A stretch of DNA of 64,000 nucleotides from positions 10,555,480 through 10,619,479 of the forward strand of contig CM121342.1 of assembly GCA_051530055.1 (NCBI GenBank), read 5' to 3'. Below the pieces are notes generated by a model. The model was not told where the DNA came from, ran no database searches, and saw nothing but the letters and a program-made list of their open reading frames with translations. Positions 1-11,719 of the stretch are shown here, piece by piece. Each line of letters begins with the position of its first letter. Within the stretch, counting starts at the first letter, position 1. The stretch comes from Neoechinorhynchus agilis (Eukaryota > Animalia > Acanthocephala). Made by a program: the position numbers and the translations under genes.

Positions 1-20
1 TAGCGAATAGTGTACCGAGT

Positions 21-470
21 ATGACAATTTTAGAATCGATGATTGGTCGCCTTGAATCATTGGTAGCCAATCAGAACACGAAGATATTGCGACAAAACAC
101 CTTGCTGGAGTCTATTGAGTCTCGATTATCGAAAATTGAGGAAAGTGGAGAAAGAGTACGTCGGGTTCTTGTTGAAAAGTCCAGTCAGACGGATAGAAGA
201 TCAGTTGATGCTGAGACTATGACGAGCAATAGTTTTGATTTATCATTGAAAAAGCGCGACCTGGTCTCGTCATCAGATGATTCTAACCAACGGCCAAAAG
301 GTCCTCTTAGGAATGCTAGCAATGAAACTAAGGCGTACTTGAGACGATATGGAATTATACGAAAATCGAAAAATTCTCCTGTTGGTGTTGCGAATCCATC
401 TTCAACTTCATCATCAAATGATAGTGCCATATGGGTTTTTAAGAGACAAACAAGTCTCAATGACAAATGA
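21..470 (+). CDS. Coiled-coil protein (possibly only the terminal exon); C-terminal motif resembles the TIM motif of STIL/Ana2-type centriole proteins
   Basis: 149-aa ORF at the window edge. Heptad segment ILESMIGRLESLVANQNTKILRQNTLLESIESRLSKI. NASNETKAYLRRYGII resembles STIL NMSFATKKYMKRYGLL (from memory). Confidence 0.35.
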   Translation: MTILESMIGRLESLVANQNTKILRQNTLLESIESRLSKIEESGERVRRVLVEKSSQTDRRSVDAETMTSNSFDLSLKKRDLVSSSDDSNQRPKGPLRNASNETKAYLRRYGIIRKSKNSPVGVANPSSTSSSNDSAIWVFKRQTSLNDK

Positions 471-689
471 AGTTAATTTATCCTTTTATCTGGCATTAAT
501 AAATCCATTTTATCTAGTACCGATTTTAAAATGTAGTTTGAATATTGACACTCAAACTTAACCAAAATATATTTTTAATTATGGACTAAGAGTAATATTT
601 TTATATGCCCGGTGAACGCATATAATTTCTTCGGTTTGTAGATTCAAAAGCATTTTGTGCGATCTCGACGCAATTTGATCACTTGGCGG

Positions 690-2200
690 TTATGGTTTCT
701 AGGAGAGTTTGTGAAGTTGGGTCTTTCTTCACGTTTATTTCGGGTCATATTTGAGATTATCGGAAGCATGGAAAAAGAAGCAGAAGTAGGGCGAGTTGCG
801 AGTTATAGGAGGATGAAACGAATTAGGATTACGAGTGTTGTTCTCATGTGAAAAGGGGCGATATGTGAAAGAAATTGTGGTGGTAGGGTTGAGAGGCATT
901 TTATTTAATGAAACTTTTCTAGGCAACGGGTTTGTGATTGGGAGAGGTTGCAAAAGACGGGGTGAGGTCGGGTAAAATAAAGCTGTTGTAAAATTTGGAG
1001 AGATTACGCGAAGGGATTCTTAAATGTCAGAGGCGTTTGAGGAGATAAATTTTAAAAGTGTTGCGCTTGAGGGAGAGAATGATGTGCGAGTTCCATTTCA
1101 GATTTGATTGAAATTGGATACCCAGAATTCTTTAGGGAGGTAACTCGCGGGATGCCACTTAGAAGCTCAGGGGATGATGTGGGTTTGCGGGAGAATGAGA
1201 GGATCATTTGGAAACATTTAGAGAAATTCAGGTGGAGTTTGTGATTGGTGCAGAAATCTTTTATGTGTGTGATTTCTTTAGAGGTTAAAGAAAGGGAGAG
1301 GTGGGGTGGTAAATGGGTGATGAGGGTGATATCTTCGGCATATAAGAAAAGTTCACTGTGAGAGGAGAGAGGTTTAAGTTCGTATAAAAATATTAAAAAC
1401 AAGTGGTGACAGTACAGCACCTTGAAGTACGCCTTTGGTGAGGGATTGCGTAATCGAGGAGGGGTAGCCAGTGGATCTGCCACGAGTTTAGACTAAAGTC
1501 GAAAAGGGCCTGGAGGAGTAGCGAACGGTCCACAGAGTCGAATGCTTTCGATAAGTCCAGTTGAATGAGACGGGCGACTTGGGGGAGATTATTGTCGAGG
1601 TTGCGTAAGAAAGTGTCGTAAATGCATAGTAGGCATTCGTTGCGAATTGTAGGGGCGATAATTTGTTGTTAAGAAGTGGAATAAGGCGAGTTTTGAAGCA
1701 TTTCTCGATGATTTTTGAAAGAGCTTTAAAAATGAATATTGGACGGAATGATTCGGTGGAAATCGGATGTCCATTTTTCAGAAGAAGGATAACTTTAGCA
1801 CTTTTCAGACATGTAAATGCCATGTAAAAAGCTGTAATTTATAATGATGGTAGAAGGGTCTATGAATTCGGGAATGACGCAGCGAAGAGCCCACTTTGGG
1901 ATTTCGGATTTAGGGGACCAATTTCGAGATATTTTCTCGAGATTCGTTGTACTTTGTATGACGAAACTAAGGGGAGTATCAACGAATTGACAAAAGTTTC
2001 AGATGTGGGCGTAAAAGATTGTGTGGAGTCTGATGTGGAGCAGTTACTGTAAATCGAGTCAGGGCAGAGCTTCTGATTGATGGAGTCTAGAACCTGTTTC
2101 AGTTCAGATCAGAACAGATTTGATTGCATTTTATACAATGGCGTGGAGCTTCTTTAACCCATAATTTGCAGTTGAAATTTATATAACGCGTTAGATTATT
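690..2200 (-). mobile_element. Degenerate CR1/L2-group (APE-type) LINE, RT and 3' region
   Basis: Frameshifted RT motifs: LKSAKVILLLK..ESFRPI..LSKIIEK, LYAEDIT (YADD-like), KLHLNFSKC. Homologous to 34500-35160 and 59900-60840. Confidence 0.85.
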
Positions 2201-2900
2201 CACATCACCGCTCTGGATCACTCAGCTACCGTCCTGGTATAATTGTTCAAAAGGAGGGATGCAACGTTCCTTCAAGTTGCACAGGCAGGCTTATGTTTTG
2301 TAGGAGGAATGTTCTTTATCTCGGATTAGACAATTGCTTAACCAGGTCCTGTGCCGTGGTACCAAACAACCCGAGTGCCTCGACGCGAAAGGGAACAAAA
2401 TAATGATTTTGACTCAGGTCAATGTATTTGGTACTTTTGCGTTCCTCAGCGGTGGTTGCTGCTCCCCTGGTGTAATGGTAGCGAATCTTATGTTGCTGAC
2501 TGCGATCGTGTACATGAACGTAGCGTCCCGGAGAAGGCATTTTCCTTCTTGCCACGGGAATACGGCCATCGAGTCGGCAAAGATTGCTCGGCTTTAAGAT
2601 GTTTGGTCCATTCACAGTATTCAGGGCACGACTAAGAGCATTGGGTTCACTTCAACGTGTCGTGAGTACCTTCCGCCTGATTGCCAACAGACGAGACCAT
2701 GACGTCCTAATGGCTCCGCGGTCGCTCCTCAACGGCAGCGATATGATGTGCACATCGGTACCCCAAGTCTCAGGGACACTGCAATCCTTACTGTCTCTTC
2801 GGAGAGAAGGGTACCCACAGAAGCGGTTGGGATAGCGTTGAGCCAAGCACCCGATTCTCCTATAGAGACTGCCCCCAATCGAGTTCGGTTCACCAGGTCA
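2200..2900 (-). mobile_element. CRE-clade non-LTR retrotransposon, 3' RLE fragment
   Basis: NILKPSNLCRLDGR..P and KY.DL..NHYFVPFRVEALG. Near-identical to 58603-58958 and 62830-63185. Confidence 0.85.
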
Positions 2901-4035
2901 CGAGAATCTGAGATTTAAGAGTTATGAATTCTCGTTACCAGGGATGAGTCCAAACTGATTGTTAAAAAGGTGCTATGCGAAGCTTATACAACATTTTCGA
3001 GATGAAGATATTGTTCTTGATCAGGAGCAGAGCTTCGTGTGAAGATAATTCATCAACTCGTACAGGGATGAGTCCAAACTGATTGTTAAAAATGGTGCTA
3101 TGCGAAGCTTATACAACATTTTCGAGATGAAGATATTGTTCTTGATCAGGAGCAGAGCCTCGTGTGAAGATAATTCATCAACTCGTACAGGGATGAGTCC
3201 AAACTGATTGTTAAAAATGGTGCTATGCGGAGCTTATACAGCATTTTCGAGATGAAGATGATGTTCTTGATCAAGAGCAGAGCCTCGTGTGAAGATAATT
3301 CATCAACTCGTTCGACAGCACCGAAAGTTGCGGTTGAAGGTTGGCAATCTCGACTTCAACATTAGAACCAGAAATGCAGCTTCCTAGAAGACTCAACCAG
3401 TCTAAAGCGATCAATTCTATTCCGGGGGTCAGGTTCTGAAAATCGTGGACGATAGTTTGCTTGGACACCTCATCTTAAACGTTCATCACTAAAATCTCGC
3501 ATTTCGCAGCATTCAATTCAATGCAGATTTTTGTCGTCTCCTTCATGAGTGTCTCCCAATTGCGCAGTTACCAGTCGTTAAAGCTGGACTGGAGAGAGTG
3601 CGCGACGTTATTGACTACGAATGGGAACGCTATTGGTCCCAAAGGATCCCTTTGTTGAACTCCTCATTCTGATCACAAAACGTGGTCATTTAACAACAAG
3701 GGAGTTGAAGTCATATAGGCATTTACGAAATAGCGAAATGCTTCTGGCGTGTGATCTCTAACTACTTCGAGTAAATGTGCTTGGTAAACTGTGTTGAATG
3801 CATTTTTGAAATCACATTTCAAGATCACGCGCGGCTTTGAGTTTCCGGTGAAGAACATACGGAGTGAATGAATGATCGCTTCTGCCCCACAAGGTGTACA
3901 GCAGCCTAACTGAGTCGGACGAGGCTGCATCCCTACTTTTGACGCGATCCGTTTATTTAAAATTTTTGCTGTTAAGCGGCGCAGAGTTGTTCGAGTTGCA
4001 ACGCTACGAATTCCACCTTCTTTTTCACGAGGCAC
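2900..4035 (-). mobile_element. CRE-clade retrotransposon, degenerate RT fragment
   Basis: GGIRSVA..TLRRLTAK..QLGCCTPCGAEAIIH..ILKCDFKNAFNTV, with a QQGD-like motif downstream. Parallels the ORF at 38118-39863. Confidence 0.85.
2936..3310. repeat. Three tandem copies of a 124-125-bp CRE RT segment
   Basis: gggatgagtccaaactgattg recurs at 2941, 3065 and 3190. The reverse strand reads ELSSHEALLLIKNNIFISKMLYKLR, matching ELSAHEGLFLIKNCLYMPKLLHKLR of the 38-kb CRE. Confidence 0.9.
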
Positions 4036-4242
4036 ACAAATCTTTCAACTTTCCCCTTTCTAATCCTCGGTTTAAAACATTATCAAAAATTTCTCTTCGA
4101 ATTACATTTTGAAATTGGATAAAATTTCTGGTTCTAAATTTCATCAAACTAAAAAATTTAAATGTGGAATTGGTCGTTTATGTGTATTTAAAGTGCATTT
4201 GGTACTAAAGACGAAACGTTTATTGTATTTTGAAGACTGGGA

Positions 4243-5541
4243 TTATGTTGAACGTCGGCGACTAATTGAACCTTTTGATTGTATTCGTATCGCTGTGCTT
4301 CCCGAAGCTTTTATATCATTAAAGTCACGGCAAACTTTCATGCCAAAACGGCACAACTCAAGATATTGACGGTACGAACTTAGATGCTCCATCGTAATAA
4401 ACGGATGTTTCAAGGCATCAAAAGGAAGGATCCGATGATGCGGATCAATCGTAAGTAACTTTTTTATGAGATCAACAAATACCTCTCTATCCACTTCTTC
4501 AGGCTTCGTGTAATAGCGTTCAATGGCAGCGATGTCGTCTAAAGACTTAAAATTTCTCACTCTAGAATCCTCGACGTTCGCTTTAAATCGATTCCTATAC
4601 TCCTCAGGATTTATTAACTGAGCTAAATATGTACCATCATCTTTATGGACTATTTTAAAGAAGTTACATAACTTATTAGATCGTTGTAGCATTTCCGCCG
4701 GAAACGGTCCTTGTGCGTACCAAATACAACTCATTTGTTCGTACTCAATCAATCCCGGATAAAGATAATAACCAAGGAACAGTCTCGCCAATGCGCAACC
4801 CATACTCCACATATCGATTGCTTCGGAATATTCCAGACCAAGAAGGACCTCAGGTGCCCGGTAAAATATGTTTTGCAAAACAGTTCCTGATTTTGCAGTT
4901 CGATTTTCTAGGGCTAATCCAAAATCGATCAATTTAACTCGAAATGGTTGCCGTAGCGGATCGACGAGCATTATGTTGCTAATCTTGATGTCCGCATGGA
5001 TAATTCCGATTTCCTTTAGCTTTGCCAAGGCGACAAAACATTGTTGTGCTATTAGTCTTAAATCTCTCAGTTCAATTAGCTCGGGATGCTTTAATTTCGC
5101 ATAATCTTCTAAATCCATCGAATACAGTTCGAATACCATACAAATATGACCGCGGTACCAAAATGCGGTTACTAGATTCACAATGTTGTAATCGGAAGCG
5201 CCATTGAGGCAAAGAAGCTTCGATATTCGAACTTCTTCGCATTCCAAAATTGAAGTGGCAGGTGTGCATTTTAAAAATTTCAATGCCACTGACCATTGAG
5301 AATCTTGTTCTATACATCTCACGACTTGCCCAAATGCCCCTCGTTGAAGATATTCTTGGACTTCAAAGGTAAATGACGAGCATTTCAACACTTCGCCTTC
5401 TTTCAATTCGTAGGGAATCTTGATCGGATGTCGAATATCACGCGTTTGATTCTTTATATTGCGAATAAATTTTTCAATCTTGTCGTTTGGCTCTCTATCT
5501 TTGTCGCCGAATGAATTTAATGATCTTCGTCCCTCAACCAT
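4243..5541 (-). CDS. HIPK-like (CMGC/DYRK family) Ser/Thr kinase, intronless, essentially kinase domain only (432 aa)
   Basis: RGAFGQV, VALK, HADIK..NIML, VDPLRQPFRVKLIDFG, YRAPEVLLGL, AIDMWSMGC, FVDLIKKLL. The insert VDPLRQPFRVK is HIPK-typical. Confidence 0.9.
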   Translation of the reverse strand: MVEGRRSLNSFGDKDREPNDKIEKFIRNIKNQTRDIRHPIKIPYELKEGEVLKCSSFTFEVQEYLQRGAFGQVVRCIEQDSQWSVALKFLKCTPATSILECEEVRISKLLCLNGASDYNIVNLVTAFWYRGHICMVFELYSMDLEDYAKLKHPELIELRDLRLIAQQCFVALAKLKEIGIIHADIKISNIMLVDPLRQPFRVKLIDFGLALENRTAKSGTVLQNIFYRAPEVLLGLEYSEAIDMWSMGCALARLFLGYYLYPGLIEYEQMSCIWYAQGPFPAEMLQRSNKLCNFFKIVHKDDGTYLAQLINPEEYRNRFKANVEDSRVRNFKSLDDIAAIERYYTKPEEVDREVFVDLIKKLLTIDPHHRILPFDALKHPFITMEHLSSYRQYLELCRFGMKVCRDFNDIKASGSTAIRIQSKGSISRRRST

Positions 5542-6783
5542 TTCAATAGCTGTATTGTTTTGTCTTTAAAATCGGTTGCGCTAATCAGTAGTTAGGGAGA
5601 AACTTCAGCTCGTTCATCGCATTCCAGCCTGATACGGTTATTTACATTTTCCATAGCAAATCCACGTGACTTCTTAATCAATCAATTATCTATAATTTAG
5701 TTTCCTAAGTGCAAAACAGTGATTGGACGCAACAACTGCGTGCCATTTTTTTACGTAAACCTTGCAAAAATCGATACAAAAAGTCCCTTAATTCTTGGAA
5801 ATTGTTTAAAGTACTTATGCTCGTGCAATCACGCCATCTATAAATAAAATTTTTTTCGAATTAGTGAGTAAATCAGCATCTTTAATACATAGCTACATTT
5901 GCACGCCGATCTTTTTTAGATGTTGATATCGATAAGCGTCTAATTATGAAAACAATTTAATCGATTTATTTAAAATAACGTGATCAATTTAGTGCAACGC
6001 CAAGGTGGTGATTATCATAAAAAAATAATTTATATCGATATGTGGCCTATTATGACACGGCTGTTAATTATTGGGCACACGGCCCACCGACCTGGTTCGG
6101 AGTAGTAATCCAATTGCTCGAAGCACTGAGCCAGCCGGTACGAGTTTGTACATTCCTGCGGATCCTCAGATACCTCCAGGAGGCGGGACTCATCAGTGAG
6201 TTTTCTCCCTTCAGCGGGCTGTGTGTCATAAGTTTTCGGCTGGCCAATCTTCATAAAAAAATTTAAAAAAATCCTAATTTTTATGGAAAATGAGCGGCTG
6301 ATTTCAATTCCCATTTCCAAGAAAACTTAAGGATGATGTTCCAAAAATCAATCGTATTTTCTACTATGGCATGAATTGAAATATTTATTTCACCATAAAC
6401 GTTCAAGGACAGAAATTAGAATAATTATTCGTACTAAGTATCGTTAACATATGTTAACAATGAACTCCCACGGATCATTCATTTAATTCTGCATTACCCA
6501 TTCGAATTTTAACAACCCTCATTCACAACTCAGATTATATTAGAGCATAAAAGAAATGAACCCAAGTATTAAAGTTTTCACATCGGTCGAACACCACCCG
6601 AATGCAATTCTCAACCATTTAAAGTATAAAATGCGACTGTTAAGTCTTTTGCAGAGTAAACGGTTGTTATTGCGTTCCTTCATTTTAGACGCCTTTGACA
6701 TTTAACATTTTACTAACCGAATATCTAGGTAAATATTTTCCCATATTACAAACAAAATCGTAGAGTAGCAAGCATCTAATTTA

Positions 6784-8170
6784 TTAATATAAACTTTCTG
6801 ATAAGCAATCACTTCTGCAGAGACACAGTGCAGCACCAAGTGCGCATCCTCCTGGATTCCGAATAAAAGACAGATCCACATCGAATAGTAATTGGTTGCA
6901 GTATGTGCTAACCTGTAATGTCATCTCAGGAAACGCCTTAAAGTAGTATCCATCCAAACATACGACCACTTTAGCACTGTAATGCGGCTTATTTGAGCGC
7001 GGATACCGAAATATAGATCTGTCAACAACTGCACTAATCGCTGCTGCAATCGATTGGGTAAACTGTGCCAATGCTAAAAGACAGACTGCTCTTGTCGTTT
7101 TATCAATTTTCAGACTTAACTTCTTCACTCCCCAATATTGCTGTAAAATGCGCCGTTCATTCCATTTCGTGTAGGGATTCACCATTCTAAAGATTTGCCC
7201 TAACCCATTTCGATCCTCAGGAATGAAAATTGTCGAATCTTTCATTTCTATTGCTTTATTAAGGAATTTATTTAGCGTGGAATTGTGTGGTGTTTATAAT
7301 TTCTAATTCTGTTTTCATCATATGACTACACAAATCCACTTTTACGCAGCTGATAAAACCAGTTATGATCCCGTTTCGGTACCACGAAATACCAACTGAT
7401 TCCATCAGATCTTCAAAGTCGATGTCAATGACCGAATCATCGTCATTATCCATGCGATCAACGCAACTAAGTCGAAGTGATCTTTCGCCAAAGAATACAC
7501 CGACAAGGCAAAACAGTGACCTAACTGAACCTGCCACTAATGTAGATGTAGAGGAACTTAAAATTGCCCGTAACCGAAAGTTAGGAAACGTACGTGAGAG
7601 ATTGAACACTAAATGATCGAATAACTCTTCGTAATGTGTTTGTATGTCGGAAACCACAAGGGCTACGTCGACGTTTTTATCCGTAGCCAAAAATGGACAA
7701 ATTTTGTTGATTAAATCAAAAATAATCAAATTTAAAAATTCGATGATTTCGTTGATCAAAGTAAATTTACGAGGAAATACACGAACAATCGGATGTATGT
7801 TTTTTTCGTTAATTGTAGGAAGTATGTCCTGTATACAAATCACTGACACGCAGTATTCGTCCACATAAATACCGACATAACTCGAATCTGAGCACTTTTC
7901 ACGGCGGGATAAGCTACATCCGGTTTCTCGAATCATAACCGGAGAATCCGAGAAACTTTTCCGTCCGTAGAGTCGTGCTTCTTCGTGATCTTTGGCATCA
8001 CACATAGAATGGTACAGTCTTATATGTAGGTCGCGCAACTTATATGGGCTCATGGAATAATCGCGAATTTCTTGCCATAATTGCCAATTAAATTTTAGTT
8101 GATTCTTTAATTCTTCTAATAACGATCTTTCCTCTTCTGTATAGAACATCCTATATTTTGCAAGTTTCAT
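6784..8170 (-). CDS. Highly divergent hexokinase-fold protein (about 460 aa), split by one +1 frameshift at about 7268-7273; probable pseudoenzyme
   Basis: ORFs 7268-8170 and 6784-7245 join by removing 1 or 4 nt. Colinear hexokinase-like blocks: DHEEA, CLVGVFFG, FHAK/KFL, AAAISAVVD, KVVVCLDGYYFK, LSFIRNPGGCALGAAL. Confidence 0.65.
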
Positions 8171-8589
8171 TAACTGCTAAAAAGTAACCCCTCGTTTAAC
8201 TCGTAACCATGGAAACCGAACAGAAGATTATTCCTAGTGAAAAATCTATAAATGGACAACAAACCTACAAAGCAATTAAGGATGATGCCGACTAAGCGTC
8301 CACAGTTGCTTCTATCAAAAACGACATAAACCTTCAAAGAATTCTTACGAAAATGGAGTAACGACACAAGAGATAGGGTGAGTATTTTGACAAAATAATC
8401 AATACACTAATTTTTACAAAGTTGCTTTGTTATAACAAAAAATGCTTAAACTGGCATGAAAATAAAGACATCCAAATGTGCGTTCGAATGAATGCACTTT
8501 GACAGATTAGAATATACTAAAAATAAATATAACAGCATTATCGTTAATAAACAAGATAAAAACACAGGTATGGGACGAATTCCGAAAAA

Positions 8590-8700
8590 TAAAATACTTT
8601 TAAGTGAGCTGAAGTTTAGCGATACTTGAGATGTTCCAAAATGTTGATATAAAAATCTGGTATAAATCAACCTCATCACAAGAGAATAAAGTCGTAGATA
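8590..8700. repeat. Isolated partial monomer of satellite B, left of satellite A
   Basis: ttagcgatacttgagatgttccaaaatgttgatataaaaatctggtataaatcaacctcatcacaagagaataaagtcg matches the monomers at 11.8-16.5 kb. Confidence 0.85.
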
Positions 8701-8739
8701 ACTCTGCACAGTACCATTTCTCAACCCGTCATACGCTGC

Positions 8740-11700
8740 CCGTCTACAACATATGATCACCTTGGTGTGAAGGGTTATGCATGCAAATAATTCCGTGCAA
8801 ATCTTGTTGGCGTTTACGTGTTTGTTAGGTTGAATTGTTTGAATCCAAAAATGTTCGTTAATGTGTTGATGACGTGACACCAAGGACAGACAAGTTTATG
8901 GGTTGTTTTCTTATGTCAAGGGTTGCGTAGGCAAATCATAATAACGTGTAAATCTTTTAAGCGTTTACGTCCTTAAGAGGTTGTGTTGTTTGTTTAAAGA
9001 AATGTTCGTTCATCGGATGATGACGTGACCGTTATTACCTTGTAAGTACAGACAAGTTTATGGGTTGTTTTCTTATATCCAGGGTCGAGTATGCAAATAA
9101 TAATGACGTACAAACCTTGTAGGCGTTTTCGTGTTTTCAAGGTTGTATTGTTTGTTTACAAAATGTTCGTTAATGTGTTGATGACGTGAACGTTATTACC
9201 TTGTAAGACAGACAAGTTTATGGGTTGTTTTCTTATGTCAAGGGTTGCGTAGGCAAATCATATAACGTGTAAATCTTTTAAGCGTTTACGTCTTTAAGAG
9301 GTTGTATTGTTTGTTTAAAAAAATGTTCGTTCATCGGATGATGACGTGACCGTTATTACCTTGTAAGTACAGACAAGTTTAGGTTGTTTTCTTATATCCA
9401 GGGTCGAGTATGCAAATAATAATGACGTACAAACCTTGTAGGCGTTTCGTGTTTAAGGTTGTATGTTTGTTTACAAAATGTTCGTTATGTGTTGATGACG
9501 TGAACGTTTTACCTTGTAAGGACAGACAAGTTTATGGGTTGTTTTCTTATGTCAAGGGTTGCGTAGGCAAATCATAATAACGTGTAAATCTTTTAAGCGT
9601 TTACGTCCTTAAGAGGTTGTGTTGTTTGTTTAAAGAAATGTTCGTTCATCGGATGATGACGTGACCGTTATTACCTTGTAAGTACAGACAAGTTTATGGG
9701 TTGTTTTCTTATATCCAGGGTCGAGTATGCAAATAATAATGACGTACAAACCTTGTAGGCGTTTTCGTGTTTTCAAGGTTGTATTGTTTGTTTACAAAAT
9801 GTTCGTTAATGTGTTGATGACGTGAACGTTATTACCTTGTAAGGACAGACAAGTTTATGGGTTGTTTTCTTATGTCAAGGGTTGCGTAGGCAAATCATAA
9901 TAACGTGTAAATCTTTTAAGCGTTTACGTCCTTAAGAGGTTGTATTGTTTGTTTAAAAAAATGTTCGTTCATCGGATGATGACGTGACCGTTATTACCTT
10001 GTAGACAGACAAGTTTGGTTGTTTTCTTATTCCAGGTCGATAGCAAATAAATACGTAAACTTTAGCGTTTCGTTTAGGTGTATGTTTGTTTAAAATTTCG
10101 TTAGTGATGACGTGACCGTTATTACCTTGTAAGGACAGACAAGTTTTCGGATTGTTTTTCTTTGTCGTGGGTCGAGCATGCAAATGATCACAACGTGTAA
10201 ATCTTTCTAGCGTTTACGTCTTTAAGAGGTGGTATTGTTTGTTTAAAAAAATGTTCGTTCATCGGATGATGACGTGACCGTTATTACCTTGTAAGTACAG
10301 ACAAGTTTATGAGTTGTTTTCTTATATCCAGGGTCGAGTATGCAAATAATAATGACGTACAAACCTTGTAGGCGTTTTCGTGTTTTCAAGGTTGTATGTT
10401 TGTTTACAAAAGTTCGTTAATGTGTTGATGACGTGAACGTTATTACCTTGTAAGGACAGACAAGTTTACGGGTTGTTTTTCGTCGGGTCGCGCATGCAAA
10501 TGATCATAACGTGTAAATCTTTTAAGCGTTTACGTCTTTAAGAGGTTGTATTGTTTGTTTAAAAATGTTCGTTCATCGGATGATGACGTGACCGTTATTA
10601 CCTTGTAAGTACAGACAAGTTTTGGTTGTTTTTTTCGGGTCGAGATGCAAATGATCAAACGTAAATCTTAGCGTTTACGTTTTAGGTGTATGTTTGTTTA
10701 AAAAATTCGTTATGTGATGACGTGACCGTTATTACCTTGTAAGGACAGACAAGTTTATGAGTTGTTTTCTTATATCCAGGGTCGAGTATGCAAATAAGAA
10801 TGACGTACAAACCTTGTTGGCGTTTTCGTGTTTTCAAGATTGTATTGTTTGTTTACAAAATGTTCGTTAATGTGTTGATGACGTGAACGTTTTTACCTTG
10901 TAAGGACAGACAAGTTTATGGGTTATTTTCTTATGTCAAGGGTTGCGTAGGCAAATCATAATAACGTGTAAATCTTTTAAGCGTTTACGTCCTTAAGAGG
11001 TTGTGTTGTTTGTTTAAAGAAATGTTCGTTCATCGGATGATGACGTGACCGTTATTACCTTGTAGGTACAGACAAGTTTATGGGTTGTTTTCTTATATCC
11101 AGGGTCAATTATGCAAATAATAATGACGTACAAACCTTGTAGGCGTTTTCGTGTTTTCAAGGTTGTATTGTTTGTTTACAAAATGTTCGTTAATGTGTTG
11201 ATGACGTGAAAGTTGTTACCTTGTAAATACAGACAAGTTGATGGGTTGTTTTCTTATGTCAAGGGTTGCGTAGGAAAATGATCATAACGTAAAAATCTTG
11301 TAAGCGTTTACGTCTTTAAGAGGTTGTGTTGTTTGTTTAAAGAAATGTTCGTTCATCGGATGATGACGTGACCGTTATTACCTTGTAAGTACAGACAAGT
11401 TTATGGGTAGTTTTCTTATATCCAGGGTCGAGTATGCAAATAATAATGACGTACAAACCTTGTAGGCGTTTTCGTGTTTTCAAGGTTGTATTGTTTGTTT
11501 ACAAAATGTTCGTTAATGTGTTGATGATGTGAACGTTGTTACCTTGTAAGGACAGACAAGTTTATGGGTTGTTTTCTTATGTCAAGGGTCTCGTAGACAA
11601 ATCATAATAACGTGTAAATCTTTTTAGCGTTTACGTCTTTAAGAGGTTGTATTGTTTGTTTACAAAATGTGTTTCCAAAAATGATTGTTTATGTGCGGAT
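8740..11700. repeat. Satellite A: about 161-bp monomers alternating as a roughly 322-bp dimer (about 18 monomers)
   Basis: acagacaagttt recurs at about 8886, 9048, 9208, 9369 and onward. Two alternating variants (gtcaagggttgcgtagg and atccagggtcgagtatg). Confidence 0.95.
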
Positions 11701-11719
11701 GACGTAACCGTTTTTGCAT

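Noticed and set aside
6050-6250. GC-rich island with 9-bp inverted ends (ttatgacac/gtgtcataa) and CTGATGAG on the minus strand
   Set aside because: There is no matching stem II-GAAA, so it is not a hammerhead. It may be a small MITE or LINE tail, but a single copy and a short inverted repeat are insufficient to call.
8170-8367. 65-aa ORF overlapping the hexokinase-like start by TAATG (translational coupling)
   Set aside because: Short, with no recognisable motif. Such overlaps arise easily in AT-rich DNA.
9380-10720. Shortened, deletion-rich satellite A monomers (about 9380-9520, 10000-10100, 10620-10720) as a distinct variant class
   Set aside because: Bases are missing mainly where the two monomer types disagree. 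This is the pattern expected from a collapsed long-read consensus.
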